Positions 29,455-42,037 of a DNA stretch of 64,000 bases are shown piece after piece. The stretch covers positions 124,001-188,000 of the forward strand of contig MCFE01000042.1 of assembly GCA_002104905.1 (NCBI GenBank), in the 5' to 3' direction. The notes under the pieces were generated by a model that saw only the letters and a program-made list of their open reading frames with translations, was not told where the DNA came from and did not search any database. Source of the stretch: Basidiobolus meristosporus CBS 931.73 (taxonomy: Eukaryota > Fungi > Basidiobolomycota). Position 1 is the stretch's first letter. Every line of letters begins with the position of its first letter. The position numbers and the translations under genes were made by a program.

Positions 29455-31716
29455 ATGTATATAGAAGATTTACCTTCGGATGAAGAAAAGCAAATAGAAT
29501 TAGCCATAGCCCTTAGTCTTCAAGAGGCAGAGAATCAGGAGAAGCAATCGCTCACTGAGGATTGTAGTGTAGAGATTCTTGACATTTCGCCCCGCAAAAT
29601 GTATCATTCTGATTTTGAGCACGATACAGACGCTAGCTTAGGTACTTGATTGGCCCGATTATCTCATCTGTCCACTTTTTCCTAAGCTCACCTTCACGTT
29701 ATAAGACAGGGAGAATGAGATACTAGAATTTGACTTAACTGAACTTGAAGAATTGCCCGACAAAGATGACATAATATCAACTCCAGTGCGGCCGCATTCG
29801 AAGTCAGCATTGAACACTGGGACTCTACATCGCTTTGCTAGCAAGCTTAATGTGACAACTCCAAAATCGAGCCCAATCGACACTGTACATTCAAGCATTT
29901 TAAACGCACCTTTTGAAGGACGTTCACAGACTTCATCCGGTTCCTCCGGGGCTCAGCCTTTCAAATCGCATAACAACTCGAACACGACGCGTATCTCTTC
30001 CACACCGCCAAATTCAAACACGAGGACGCATGCACAGTCTGAGTATTCAACAGCGTGAGTGAAACATCACTGTATGTACATATAAAATCCAACTGGAGTC
30101 TGATATCATATAAAGATTCAAACCATCTAGAATATTTACCGACGGCGACGACAATTATCCTGAGGCTCGAAATTCATCATCGCCATTGTTTAGTCGATCC
30201 TCCTCAAGAATGATTATTTGTAGTAGTCCCGAAGACAACAGCCTGAACGATTTTGATCTTTTACCACCTAAACTTGCCATTCAGTCACCATTCAAGGGCG
30301 GATCTCCCAAAGCTGGCGGGCACTCCCTATACAGCCAAAGAAATACAGCCTCTCCCATTTCGCCCAGAGTCACAAAAAAGATGCCAAAAATATTCCCGGA
30401 CTCTCCACAAAGTGCGAAGAGACAGTTGTACGACGACAAGTTATCGCTTACTCCGACGAAGAGGCGTCCTGAAAGTGCCTACCATCTCGAGTCTGCCAAA
30501 ACAAGATCGTCAATTAAGCGGTCAGAAGAGGTTGAGAGTCCTTCAAAGTATGATAAGGCAAGTTTCCAAGGAAAGATATATGTCGATTTGAGCATCGTAT
30601 TGATTATCACTTTTCAGAAGAGTGATATGATTTCTTGTCCAATATGTCAGAAGGAGTTTTCCAAGAGTGTTGTAGAAGCCCATGCTTCTGACTGTAATGG
30701 GCCAGTGACTCTCGCCACTCTCCGAGGAACAATACATTTGCAGAAAGTTCGTCTGGTAGTTTTGAACCAGAAGGCCAAATCGATATAGACGTCGGCTCCC
30801 AGCGCCCACCACTACCCTCTTCCAGAAGGGGTCAAAGATCTTTTAGAACTGTTGGTGATGGCGCTGATGTATTTCAAATAGCCACGAATAATCATGGGGA
30901 TGATATTGTTGATTTTAGTGATGAAGAGAGCCGGATTTTTGCTCCAGTATCTTCCAAAGGCATTATCCCTGCCCTTCCTCTCTCTCCTAGTAAGCGGTTT
31001 CTTTTGGATATTTTCCTAATACCCTCTTCTAATCATTATCATGGCTTTAAGCCACCTTTGGCCTGGATGATCCATTTGCATCTCACGCTAATTCTGGTCA
31101 AAACAGAGGGAAAGCCAAGGTTAACGTCGCCAATCCCATCAGCCCTCCGAGAATGCAAACTCGGCTAGCAAAGCATAAAGAAAAGATCGGAAAGAAGGAC
31201 AGTTATGGGAATGGTAGTTGTGTATCTAAAAAGCCGCCAAGATCCTTGGGTGAGAGAGCTGTGCCCAACGCTATTGACAGTACAACGCATACTTCGCCAT
31301 TGTTACAACCGCAGCCCTTCGACTTTACTATTGATGATTATGAGAATGGGTATGTTTGGGATAGCGCGTCGTCGGAGCATCTGACCCATAATGGCCAGCA
31401 AGACGCTTTAGCTCAAAATTCAGCTTCTCAAGAGGAGGACGAGGGCTACTCCTCGCCGCTTGAAGGGTTTACCAACTTACATGAGCATACAGATGACCCC
31501 GAATTGATGAAGTATATGAGCCAGTTCGACGCTTCTACCCGCAAGCGAGCCACAAGGAAGGCAAAAGAGCCACAGCCCGATGATTCATCACCACCAGCAT
31601 CCGCCAGCACTAATCGAAAGGCTCAGGGGCGGAGGGGTAAATGGGCAGGCCGACGAAAATGGAAATACCCCAAGAAAAGAGGAGCAAGTGCCTCAAAACC
31701 ATCTAATCGAAGGTAG
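29455..31716 (+). CDS. Multi-exon protein with an N-terminal UIM, a UBZ4-type C2HC zinc finger, low-complexity linkers and a basic C-terminus; apparent frameshift at 30699-30701
   Basis: EEKQIELAIALSLQE (UIM) and CPICQKEFSKSVVEAHASDC (UBZ4); intron 30990-31051 links the start-less frame 30698-30989 to ORF 31153..31716. Confidence 0.6.
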
Positions 31717-32553
31717 CTCGTCATTGAGATTTATCGGTATTTACTAGTCTCTTCTTGCAAATATGGCTTGAAGCTCTAACTCTTTAAATAGTTCCAATAC
31801 TGTGACTTCCTTCTCCGGTGGGGTTAGGGTGCCTCAGCATAACTATTACAACGACGATCCTGGATTTGGCCCCGAGGGTTTCCAATGGGAGACCAAAGGA
31901 GTTGCTGCGTATGCTGGCTGGCGAATGTGATTTCCACATATTGTATTGTTCGCTTTCCCTCCCAAGGAAAGCGAGCGTTGTACCATTTTGTATTGACTAG
32001 TAATTTTTGAGAAATCTTGGACAAATCTAATGTAGATGCAAATAATAAGATTCCAAACATTCCATTAATCTATCCCGGAAGAGACTGTGACGAGTATCAA
32101 CTTTGCTGTCTATCATGAAATTGGCCAAAAAGGGGCTGCTGATGAAAATGGCAAAAACACCACAGTTCCCGTGACACAATACACAAGACAAGATCAATCG
32201 ACAATGCACACACAATCTTGAAATAGCACTGAATCCACCCACAGTTATTCCCAAATATATTCTAGTGTCGGGTCATGCTCAAGGGCGCCAAATCGATTGG
32301 ATGGGGGAACCTGTTAATACTATTCAAGCATAAACCATTATCTCCAGGGCGGTGAGGGGATTGAACAACATCAACGGCCAACCTTTTTCTCCTGCACGAC
32401 TACGTGCCTCAAGTCTACTCAGGATTGGTGTATGATCATTCTTCTGGTTACACTGATCCCTCACCAAGCTTGGGTATTTAAATGGTTGATTTGCATCCTG
32501 CATCAGCACTGCCGCTGAGCACATTCTTCAGGTAACCATAACATTAACTAGTA

Positions 32554-34029
32554 ATGGCCAACGAACTCCACACCCTGGGTGAAGGAAAGCTCACCGGTTG
32601 GCATCTTCGAGCAATTATCGTGGCCGGGATCGGGTTCTTCACCGATGCTTATGATATTTTTATCATTAATCTGGCGGTGCCCATGATGGGGTACGTCTAC
32701 TATTCCGAGAACAACAACAAGATTCCCAAGCAATACGAAGGTCCATTGAAGGGGGCCACTGCATTCGGCACTCTGATCGGGCAACTGCTCTTTGGCTACC
32801 TGGGAGATCGCCTTGGCAGAAAGAAGATGTATGGTTCAGAGCTGATCATCATTATATTCGCCACCATCTGTTGTGCCATCGCCGGCTCTTGGGCCAAAGG
32901 TCTCAATGTGATCGCAATCCTGGGCTTCTGGAGATTCATTCTTGGTATCGGCATTGGCGGTGATTATCCAGTCTCAGCTGTTATCACCTCAGAGTTCGCA
33001 TCAACCAAACGAAGAGGTATGATGATTGCTGCGGTGTTCGCATCTCAAGGAACTGGAATCCTGGTTGGAGCCTTGTTCACCGTCATCATGCTGGCTATCT
33101 TCAAGGGGGCCATCCGTGCTGACCAGAACAACTTCGACTACGTGTGGAGACTGATGCTGGCGTTCGGATGTGTCCCAGCCATATTCACCGTATACTTCCG
33201 GTTGACCATGCCAGAGTCACCACGCTATACGTTGGAGGTGACTGGAGATGCTGAAAAGGCGGCCTCGGATCTCCGAGGGATCATGGATGTTCCAGACAAG
33301 GACCACGTTGAAGCTCATGATCATATAGCCAAGGTCGACGGCCCGCAACTGACGTTTGCTCAGCACTTTGGACAGTGGAAAAACATGAAGGTTTTGCTTG
33401 GTACCTCGTTGTCCTGGTTCTTCCTTGATATTGCATTCTATGGACTCTCCCTCAACCAATCCTACGTCTTGCAAGCCATTGGGTATTCATCGAAAGGCCT
33501 CTCGCCTTATGACGCGATGTGGACGGAAGCCATTGGAAATCTGATCATCTCGTTGATGGGCACTGTTCCTGGATATTGGTTTACCGTGTTCCTTATTGAG
33601 CGTATGGGCCGTATCAAGATCCAGTTGATGGGCTTTGCCTTGCTTACCATCATCTTCATCGTCCTGTCAGCTGGCTTTTACAAGATTCGAGACACCGCTG
33701 TTGCTCTATTTGTGGCGTTGTTCACTTTGGCTCAATTCTTCTTTAACTTCGGTCCTAACACCACAACATTTGTTCTCCCATCCGAGGTGTTCCCTACCCG
33801 CTTTCGTTCCACAGCCCATGGGATTTCGGCTGCTTCCGGAAAACTAGGCGCCATTGTCGCCACCTTCGGATTCAACCAGCTGGTAGAGATTGGCGGCAAG
33901 GACGGAGAGCACGCTTTTCTCCCTCAAACTCTTGGAATCTTTGCCGCGATCATGTTCCTTGGATTCTTGTCAACCTTCTGGGTGCCAGAGACCAAGGGCA
34001 AATCGTTAGAGGAGATTTCAGGCGAATAA
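32554..34029 (+). CDS. PHO84: MFS phosphate:H+ symporter (Pho84/PHT1 family), intronless
   Basis: GIGFFTDAYDIF, GDRLGRKKMYG, GIGIGGDYPVSA, NFGPNTTTF and RSTAHGISAASGKLGA signatures; about 12 hydrophobic segments. Confidence 0.92.
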   Translation: MANELHTLGEGKLTGWHLRAIIVAGIGFFTDAYDIFIINLAVPMMGYVYYSENNNKIPKQYEGPLKGATAFGTLIGQLLFGYLGDRLGRKKMYGSELIIIIFATICCAIAGSWAKGLNVIAILGFWRFILGIGIGGDYPVSAVITSEFASTKRRGMMIAAVFASQGTGILVGALFTVIMLAIFKGAIRADQNNFDYVWRLMLAFGCVPAIFTVYFRLTMPESPRYTLEVTGDAEKAASDLRGIMDVPDKDHVEAHDHIAKVDGPQLTFAQHFGQWKNMKVLLGTSLSWFFLDIAFYGLSLNQSYVLQAIGYSSKGLSPYDAMWTEAIGNLIISLMGTVPGYWFTVFLIERMGRIKIQLMGFALLTIIFIVLSAGFYKIRDTAVALFVALFTLAQFFFNFGPNTTTFVLPSEVFPTRFRSTAHGISAASGKLGAIVATFGFNQLVEIGGKDGEHAFLPQTLGIFAAIMFLGFLSTFWVPETKGKSLEEISGE

Positions 34030-36760
34030 TTAGAAACCCTTCCTCCTCTGTTAATATCCCAATTGAAGTAACATCGTACATAATAAACCATTCACACTTA
34101 CTTTTGAAGCAGTTCTATACTTAGAGCAGCATTGGTGATATTATTACTTCCATTCTATCTGCTGATGGCGATAGCTCCAATTGACACCCAAACAGTAAAG
34201 GTTTGGCTGATATATGTGTAGGTGAAGGTGGTTTCGGGGGATGTGTTCATAGTGTTCCGTTTTCATATATTCATAATGCATAATGGTCCGTTTTCATCAG
34301 TGACTCCACCCTATTTGTAGTTATCAACATCGGGCTGATACCTCGATGATTCTTAAGTATTGTGGATATACTGAATGGGCAATATCTTCGGAACCTAACT
34401 TCCCATTATCATATCTGGCTTTCCACCACAAATATACACACCATCTTTTTTTCAACAATGAAGACACAATCCGAATCCTCCAATCCATGTCCGAATTCTG
34501 GCTGCTGGGTTGGCACAGGCGAATCTAGAAATGCACATGGCAACAGTACGCGAATATCAAAGTTTAGTGAAAATCTCAAATGTCGGACTGAGGGAGCAAC
34601 GAATCCCACTTTTCATGCAAGACGTGCATAGATATAAAGAATCGTTTTGTGGCTGACTGATGTGTTGGTTTGCAGGATATTAGCAAATTGGTGAAGTCCT
34701 GGATATCATTATTGTCAAATGGACCCAAAATGTGTATACCACTTCAATGAAGATCTAGTAAGCGATATTCCCAAAAATGAGAGGCTTACTCGAACTTTTG
34801 AAATGCGGCTTGGGGGCCATTGGGCAGCTATTCAGTACAAAGTATTTCAATGATTTGTAGCATCTCATCAGAAGATGATCGCAAGTTACATGTGAAGTTT
34901 GAATCTTATGTTGCTGATTGTCAGCTTACCACGCAGATTGTAAAACTTGAATCTTAAACATCGACTAATCCTTAGCATAGTTCCTAAAAACATTTTGTTG
35001 CATTTGTATATTCTCACTAATGGAACCAATATATTATTCCCACTTGATAACGCTTCACAAGCAACGCTATAGCCCCAGCAGCTGTTGTAAATTTGGGATT
35101 TACACCTAAATATTTACATTAGCTTGGTCGTCTAGATCATTCCTCTTTGTCGGGGTTCACTTCGAATATTTTCTCCAAAATGCCAGAGTTGGCACACATG
35201 TTCTCGGGGCCTTGCTTGCAAAAGTATTTATACCACTGGCCATTCATTCATATATACCACTGGCCATTCCAATTATTTTTGACTACCGTAATGAACATGA
35301 TTTGAATGAATATATATGTTTAGATCTACTCAAATGACCAAATGGGTCAAAGCAACGTTTCCTACTGATTCAATAGGAGTTTTATCCCAAACTTTTTTAA
35401 CTTATCCACTGCATTGGGTGTATCGGTGTATCGGTGTATCAGACAATCACTGTTGCAATTAATTACCATGGACTACCAGATGGAAATGATGGTTTACAAA
35501 TCATCATACGGTGTTCAATATTGCAAAGCAAATCCCTCGACCTATTGCTCTTCCCAATACAGAAGCAATGCCGAGAAAATTAGAACTGATCTGTAATAAT
35601 GATATGCACTATTGCATTATTCATGTAACACTGGCATTCTTCAGCATCGGTGAATACATTAGATTTGTGAGTTCTCACCGTATAAACCTATCCCACCCTC
35701 AAGGTATCTCATTCCCTAGTAGCATCACCTACCCGATCATGTTCATATCGGGATTAAGCTTTTACAGCTTACGGCGGATCGTGGTGGTTGAAGTTTAAAA
35801 GCAACTTCCTATGTCATGGAGTAAATCCATGTGGGGAATGGTGGGATGAAACCAGGGCGGTTGAACCAATGGAACTTTGTATGATCTTGGAGACGGATAA
35901 GTCAACCCAGTTAGACCCTAGACCTAATCCGAATGCTGGATTTTATGGCACCATTGAAGTGGACTGAATGGAAACCACACATATCTAGTGGCAACCTTAG
36001 TAAAGATTTCCTTGTCATCTAGCGTTAGAAGTGAAAAGCTGGAATACCTGACAAATTGCTGTAGGCTTATATGGACACAATTACCATGGACAGTAACCGC
36101 TATCATTCATCGTCTACATTCAGCAACACTCTGAATACAGTTGGCGCAGCGGTGAAGGCGACCTCACCCTTCGTACCAGATACTTTATCGTAAAAAGCAC
36201 CAACGCAGATCTCAGTATCAAGCGATCTGATCATCAACACACCTCTGCGAAACCTGATTCCTCACCAAACGGTGTGATCATATATGTTCTAATTCGAAGA
36301 TTAATGGTGTGATGCAAGTCCCATGTTTCAACACCGGAACCGGCTTGATAGGGAAATCAAGTCCTTCCAATGGCCGCAATAGTAACACCTGGACTGATGT
36401 ATTTTCACGCGCTAGTTTGCTGCCATAAAAGGGTACCGATGGTGTGATGTATGCTCGGACCAAGCACTACCATTTGAGGCCCCTCCCAATGCCAAAGATT
36501 GTCAATTTGAAACGGCGAGAAATCCCTTCCATGGCATCATCAATCAAGGTATCTACCATCCGACCTGTGTAACCTGGCTTTGTTAGTATAGATGAGATCT
36601 TGGGAATTGGCAGGGATCAACAAGCAGCGAATGGTGAAAGGCCACACGAGGAATATAACGTTGTTGAAAATCCGGTTTCTCGGTATTCTTGGTATCCGAG
36701 GCCGAACGGTTGATGATATAAATGGGAGGAGGGATCCATTCTTCGTTTTACAACTTCACC

Positions 36761-38044
36761 ATGGCACCAAACATTTTTAGTCGTCTCAGAGGACTTGACG
36801 CACCAACCGTCGTTGAGAAATCAAAGGTATTCTGCTGACCAGATTCTTTTGCCTGCCAAATTTTTCTGACCTTCGTACCAGGACGCCGTTCGAATCGGAA
36901 TTTTAGGCGCTGCTAGGATTGCCCCTCAATCATTGATCAGTCCGGCCGCTGGACTGAGCCAGGTGCTGATTGCTGCAGTGGCTGCCAGAGATATCAAAAG
37001 AGCCGAGGTGGGTCAACAATGCTCCACTGATGTATTAAGCATCTGGTGACCATGTTGACATTTCAATTACTTTCAAAGGAATACGCAGTGAAGCACAGTA
37101 TCCCTAAAGCATATGGTAGCTACGAAGAGCTGCTGAATGATACCGAAATTGAAGCCATCTACAACCCCCTTCCTAATGCTTTGCATTACGAATGGACCAT
37201 TAAGGCACTTCAAGGTAAAGGGTGCTTGTTTGAGTACTCTCCGAAATCGGGCTAAAATCTTCGCACAGCGGGAAAGCATGTTTTCCTTGAGAAGCCAGCC
37301 GCATCCAATGGAGAAGAGGCCCAGAGGATCTTGGAGGAATTGCAACAGCATCCGGAATTGGTGATACTAGAGAATTTCCACTATCAATTCCATCCAGCTC
37401 TCCTTCGTTTCCGGGAGTTGGTGAACGACGGAAGGTTGGGTCAGATCAAAAACGTCTCTGCCATCATTCGTTTACCAAATCTGTTCGGTTTGGACGATAT
37501 ACGCTTCAACTACGACCTTGCTGGAGGAATCAACATGGATTTGGGTTGTTACGCGGTTTCCGCCTTGCGGTTCATCACAAATACCGAGCCACTGCGCGTG
37601 CTCGAAGCAGAACCCACCATAGTGAAAGAAAATGTCGAGGGAGAAATGAAGGCGAAGTTGGAATTTCCAGAGGGTATTACCGGAGAGATTCATGTCTCCA
37701 TGATTGAATCTTGGCTTTCCTTCCGAAACTTTCTCCCATTGCTCACAGTCGAGGGAGAGCAGGGAGAGGCAAGTATATCTGCCTTCGTTCTTCCACACAT
37801 GTTCCACACCATCACTTTGAAGAACAAGCGTACTGGTGAAACAGAGTATGAGAAAGTATATGAGGAAGGCCGTTCCTCTTATCAATATTCATTAAAGGCA
37901 TTTGCTGACAAAGTGCGTGGAAAGGCTACCGATTACTGGTATCCTTTCGACAAGAGCGTTGGCAATGCGGTCAGCGTCGATAGGATTTATGAAGGCGCTA
38001 ATATGAAGTTGCGTGGAAAGCCGCTGAACCAATCAAATAATTAA
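36761..38044 (+). CDS. GFO/IDH/MocA-family NAD(P)-dependent oxidoreductase; three 5' introns (first 36827-36881)
   Basis: Spliced VRIGILGAARIA (Rossmann), YNPLPNALHYEWTIKALQ|AGKHVFLEKP, ENFHYQFHP, DLAGGINMDLGCY. Confidence 0.88.
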
Positions 38045-38337
38045 ATCTGCATTTATCCCAAGATTCCCACTCCCCCAGACGAAGCCACTAAATCATCTAG
38101 CCCCAGATCTACTGACAATTAATGGAATTTCCTGAGAGGCTATTGATTACCCACACGCTCCGAATTAACTTTGAATTTACAGAAAATAAAAGGAAAATGC
38201 GGAGCTTATTCTGAGCGTTGGTTGTGATTCATTTCAAAAACCATTTGATTTCATGTAAATTGTAATAATATATAAATTATTGTGAGGATTACGAGGAAGC
38301 CGGTTTGCCATACTACACGCCAAGATTCACCTTCGTC

Positions 38338-40062
38338 TCAGTCATTTGATAGTATGATTCTATTCATATATGTTGCAATGATTGCATGCCCAGAGACTGA
38401 GTTCGCAGCAGCGAGGTAGTTGTCTGGACGGACCAAGAAGAAAACGGAATGAGAAGGCTTGTATTGCTCGACGAAATCACCACTGTCTTCGTACACCTCG
38501 AATGGTGAGTCGGTCAGTCCATTGCTGGTTGGGCAAATGACGCTCACCTGAAGTGCGGTGAAGTCTGAGCGATTGTGTTTCTTGGCCAGGGCTAGGTACG
38601 GCTCAAAATCTAACATCCCGCTGTTCGATGCCCATATGAACAAGTGATAAGCACCCGGGTTCTTCTTGAAGATCTCAAATATTTTGATGAGCTGCCTCCC
38701 TCCTGGACTACGCTTGGAAAGAACGGCGTTCGGAACGCGTTGTCCATTCTTGATAGCTGTAATGGGTGTTTTGAAGTAGCCGACCTCCAGCGGTTTCTCA
38801 GTGAGAAGTCCTTGGGGGTAGGCGATCAGCAGCTGGGACATGTTGTCGAAGAAGGTTTTGTACACGATGGGTAGCTTGCTCAGAGGGGGAAATATCCAAT
38901 CACGTAAGAAGCTCAGCCATCCTGACTCCAGAGTGAAGAACTGACGGAGTGCCGATGTCCCTTTCAATACACCGCGAGCAACCGGTACACGTTCATCCAC
39001 GTAGCTCTTGAGTAGAACATCCGGATTCCCGACCCCCTTAAGGATCAAGTTCAATTTCCACGCAATGTTGAAGGCATCTTGCATTCCAGTGTTCAACCCT
39101 TGAGCGCCCCATGGGCTGTGAATATGCGCTGCATCTCCGGCCAGAATCACTCTTCCAACAACAGTCTGGTCAACCATTCTCTCGTTGACATTATAGGTGC
39201 TATGCCACAGAATCTCTTTCGCGTGGACGGTATAGGGGGTGGTTAACCTGTTGATCAGCTCCATCAAGGACGCTTTGGATAGCTCTTCCTGGCTTGTTTC
39301 GTGGTCCAGCTTGACAAACACCCGATGTACATTGATATCAATTTTGGCAATCGCCAGCATCGCGTCGGAATGCCAAAAGATGGTGGTTTCATCCCTGGAC
39401 GGTAGGTCAGTGTCCATGATTATGTCACAGAGGCCCCATTTCGTCTCGATGGTAACTCCATCGAACTTCGCCCCAAGTTTCTTTCGAACGAAGCTATGGG
39501 CGCCGTCACAACCAAGAAGAAACTTGGATTCGAATTTTCTTATCTCACCCGAGGCGGATTTTAGTGTAGAAATGACCTTCTGATCATTGGATTGAACGAA
39601 ATCAGTAAGCTCCCAACCGGTTTCTACCTGCTTGTGGTAAACATTTTCCAGCTCCTCCCTCAGGTATTGCTCGGTTTTCCATTGGGGAATGAACAGAAGG
39701 AATGGATAGTCGGATCGTACCGAGCCAAGATACGGAAGGGTAGCGACCATGGTGCCTTTGGAAAAAAATCGAATGGCCTTGTTTAGCGTAGCCACGCCGT
39801 TTTCTTGGAATTTCTTTGCGAGATCCATCTGGTCCAGAATCTCCATCATGCGGGCCTGCAGGGAGATGGCTTTGGACAAACGAGCATCATACGCTACCTT
39901 ATCAACCTGAAAGAAGGAGTTGGTTAGTAGGCTTGGGCGAATTAAGTGGCTAGACAGACTTACAATTCGGAATGGAACACCAAGGCGGGCAAGACTAAGG
40001 GCAGCAAACAGGCCAACGCTTCCGGCGCCAATAATTAGCACTTCAGTAGAGTTTTCAGACAT
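38338..40062 (-). CDS. Group A FAD-dependent monooxygenase (FAD_binding_3, PheA/TfdB-like); in-frame 57-nt intron 39907-39963
   Basis: VLIIGAGSVG, GCDGAHS (DG motif) and GDAAHIHSPWGAQGLNTGMQDA (GD motif); intron GTAAGT...CTACTAAC...TTTCAG. Confidence 0.9.
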   Translation of the reverse strand: MSENSTEVLIIGAGSVGLFAALSLARLGVPFRIVSLSSHLIRPSLLTNSFFQVDKVAYDARLSKAISLQARMMEILDQMDLAKKFQENGVATLNKAIRFFSKGTMVATLPYLGSVRSDYPFLLFIPQWKTEQYLREELENVYHKQVETGWELTDFVQSNDQKVISTLKSASGEIRKFESKFLLGCDGAHSFVRKKLGAKFDGVTIETKWGLCDIIMDTDLPSRDETTIFWHSDAMLAIAKIDINVHRVFVKLDHETSQEELSKASLMELINRLTTPYTVHAKEILWHSTYNVNERMVDQTVVGRVILAGDAAHIHSPWGAQGLNTGMQDAFNIAWKLNLILKGVGNPDVLLKSYVDERVPVARGVLKGTSALRQFFTLESGWLSFLRDWIFPPLSKLPIVYKTFFDNMSQLLIAYPQGLLTEKPLEVGYFKTPITAIKNGQRVPNAVLSKRSPGGRQLIKIFEIFKKNPGAYHLFIWASNSGMLDFEPYLALAKKHNRSDFTALQVSVICPTSNGLTDSPFEVYEDSGDFVEQYKPSHSVFFLVRPDNYLAAANSVSGHAIIATYMNRIILSND

Positions 40063-41965
40063 TTGAAAGATGATGACACTTGAGCTCCTGAGCGGGGATT
40101 TTATTCGTAGCAAGTTTGCCCTTCGGAGTCATCTTTTCTCAAGGGATCATAAAGTTAGATGATTACACTAGGCTAAATGAAGTGCTTTTTCTGGATAATG
40201 ACTCCATAAGGCTTGTGTATTACTAATAACTACAAATGCCTGTGTTCTATGTGTGTCTTCACTAATTGATTGTCTCAAATCCACCGGCCTTGATAAGCAC
40301 ATGGCAGTAAATGAGAAATATGCTGGCGAAGCTCATATGTGTAACCTGTTCAACAAGATGCTTCGCTATAGTTGGCTATTTCAGTTGGCAATTTGCTAAT
40401 CAAAACAATCGCCCTACCAGCCTGTTGAGCAGCCCAAACAAGGAAAACAATCGTCTTGGCGCGAAATGAATGATCCACGCTAATGGAAAGGATCATCAGC
40501 TCTTGTGGTTCCATGGACTAACCTTTAGATAGTTTAATTGATGAAATACTATATGGGTTCGGGTAGCTAAATGTGAGCCAAATATTCTCGAAGATCACTG
40601 ACAATCCCGATCAGATTCCATCGTCAGATTCAAATCGTTCTTCATGGAGGATGCAACCACGTGCTAAATAGGGCTCAGCCGAAGTGTGCTGTGGATGATT
40701 AATACAGCTGATATGACTAACGGTACTTTACCCGGTAGAGGCAAGGAATGTGCGCCATATTGGTTTCGGAAAAGCTGATTCGTCGGGAAAACGTCAATAA
40801 TGAGTTCAACCACAGCTGCCAAGAATTACTGGTTGGAAAATGACCAAAGTAAATCTCAGTTCCTTTAGCTCGAGGTGGGTAGCATTTTGCATCAACGAAC
40901 TAAAGCCATCGCATTTTGCTTGATTGGTAATATGGAAATAGGGCGGTGGATGACACTACTTGATCGTTACTCTCCAGAACCATGGCAACAATTACGCGAG
41001 CATTGCTAATAGTATTGTGCCAGTATGATCATATGGATTGTTCATTACTGGTGACCAATCCAATGACCTGGCTAATTGCTCTTGTAGCTATCTGGGATTG
41101 CAAAGTTGTCCGCTATCATGGATCAATGACATCAGTGGTACCATCAGATCCTGCATCAGCCAAAAAAAGTTGTTTCCAAAGTGTGGTTACACAGGACTGT
41201 TGCACCCACATCCGAGGTTTAATCTCGGGTTAGATTACAGAGAAGATCAATGCCATATTGAGAATAGCTATGTCTGCCAGGTATTAAATTTGCGGATATT
41301 TGGGCTTGTATCTCGACGATGCCTTCCAATATTTCACCAAATAAAATATTGAAGAGCATGGGAGAGTAATCCTATAGGAGAGCTTTGCCCGGGAAAATAT
41401 ACCGTCTGTTGTGACGGTCCTGGTCTCTACCAAGTAGTGGCGTCGAGATGTCCTTGCGTGAGTAAGTTGCAATCATAGGTAACAGCTACATATGGTTGTT
41501 TCGCCCCAATCTGGCTCTTATGCGAGCCTTAACGTGTTAATGAGTTAATATAGGAATCCGGTGGATGATTGAACATAGTCTCAGCAGAGGTCCCTTGTCT
41601 GTAGCCAGTTATGCCTAGAAATACCTGGAATAATTATATTAGCTCTTCGGTTAAGTTCTGCGACTCTGTAGCACCAAGTAATCTTAGCTAGGGGAAGCAA
41701 AATCCCTCTGGAGAATCTTGTCGAATCTATTCTAGAATAAGCATGGTCGCGGTAACTGATTTGTCAAATGGTAAGAGGATGGCTGGTAGCTGATGCACTT
41801 GCCTTTTCAGTTCATTCAAATCGCGGTGTTGACGATTCCTGAGGAGGACTACGGAATCCATTCAAGGACGCTCCACTCAAACCAAATCAAGACAAAGCGT
41901 GGGCACCACTAACACCATTCTCTCAAAAGTTGGCATATTACTTGTCAGGAGATTGCAGCATCATG

Positions 41966-41973
41966 TATATAAA
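41966..41973 (+). promoter_or_regulatory. Putative TATA box of the NRPS-PKS gene
   Basis: TATATAAA about 65 bp upstream of the ATG at 42038. Confidence 0.5.
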
Positions 41974-42037
41974 TAACGCTTCAGACAATGCTGCATGTCA
42001 GTATACATCTTCAATTCCGCTCTACAAATATACAAGC

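Noticed and set aside
34100-36560. Possible decayed minus-strand gene (purple acid phosphatase-like fragments such as WDLHHTINL and FYDKVSGTKGEVAFTAAP) beside PHO84
   Set aside because: Multiple stops and frame changes; no metallophosphoesterase motif (GDxxY, GNHE, GHxH) could be recovered
41930-42037. Track start of the C-domain ORF at 41930
   Set aside because: Non-ATG start overlapping the TATA box; ATG 42038 directly precedes the C1-like FTVEEKRLW motif
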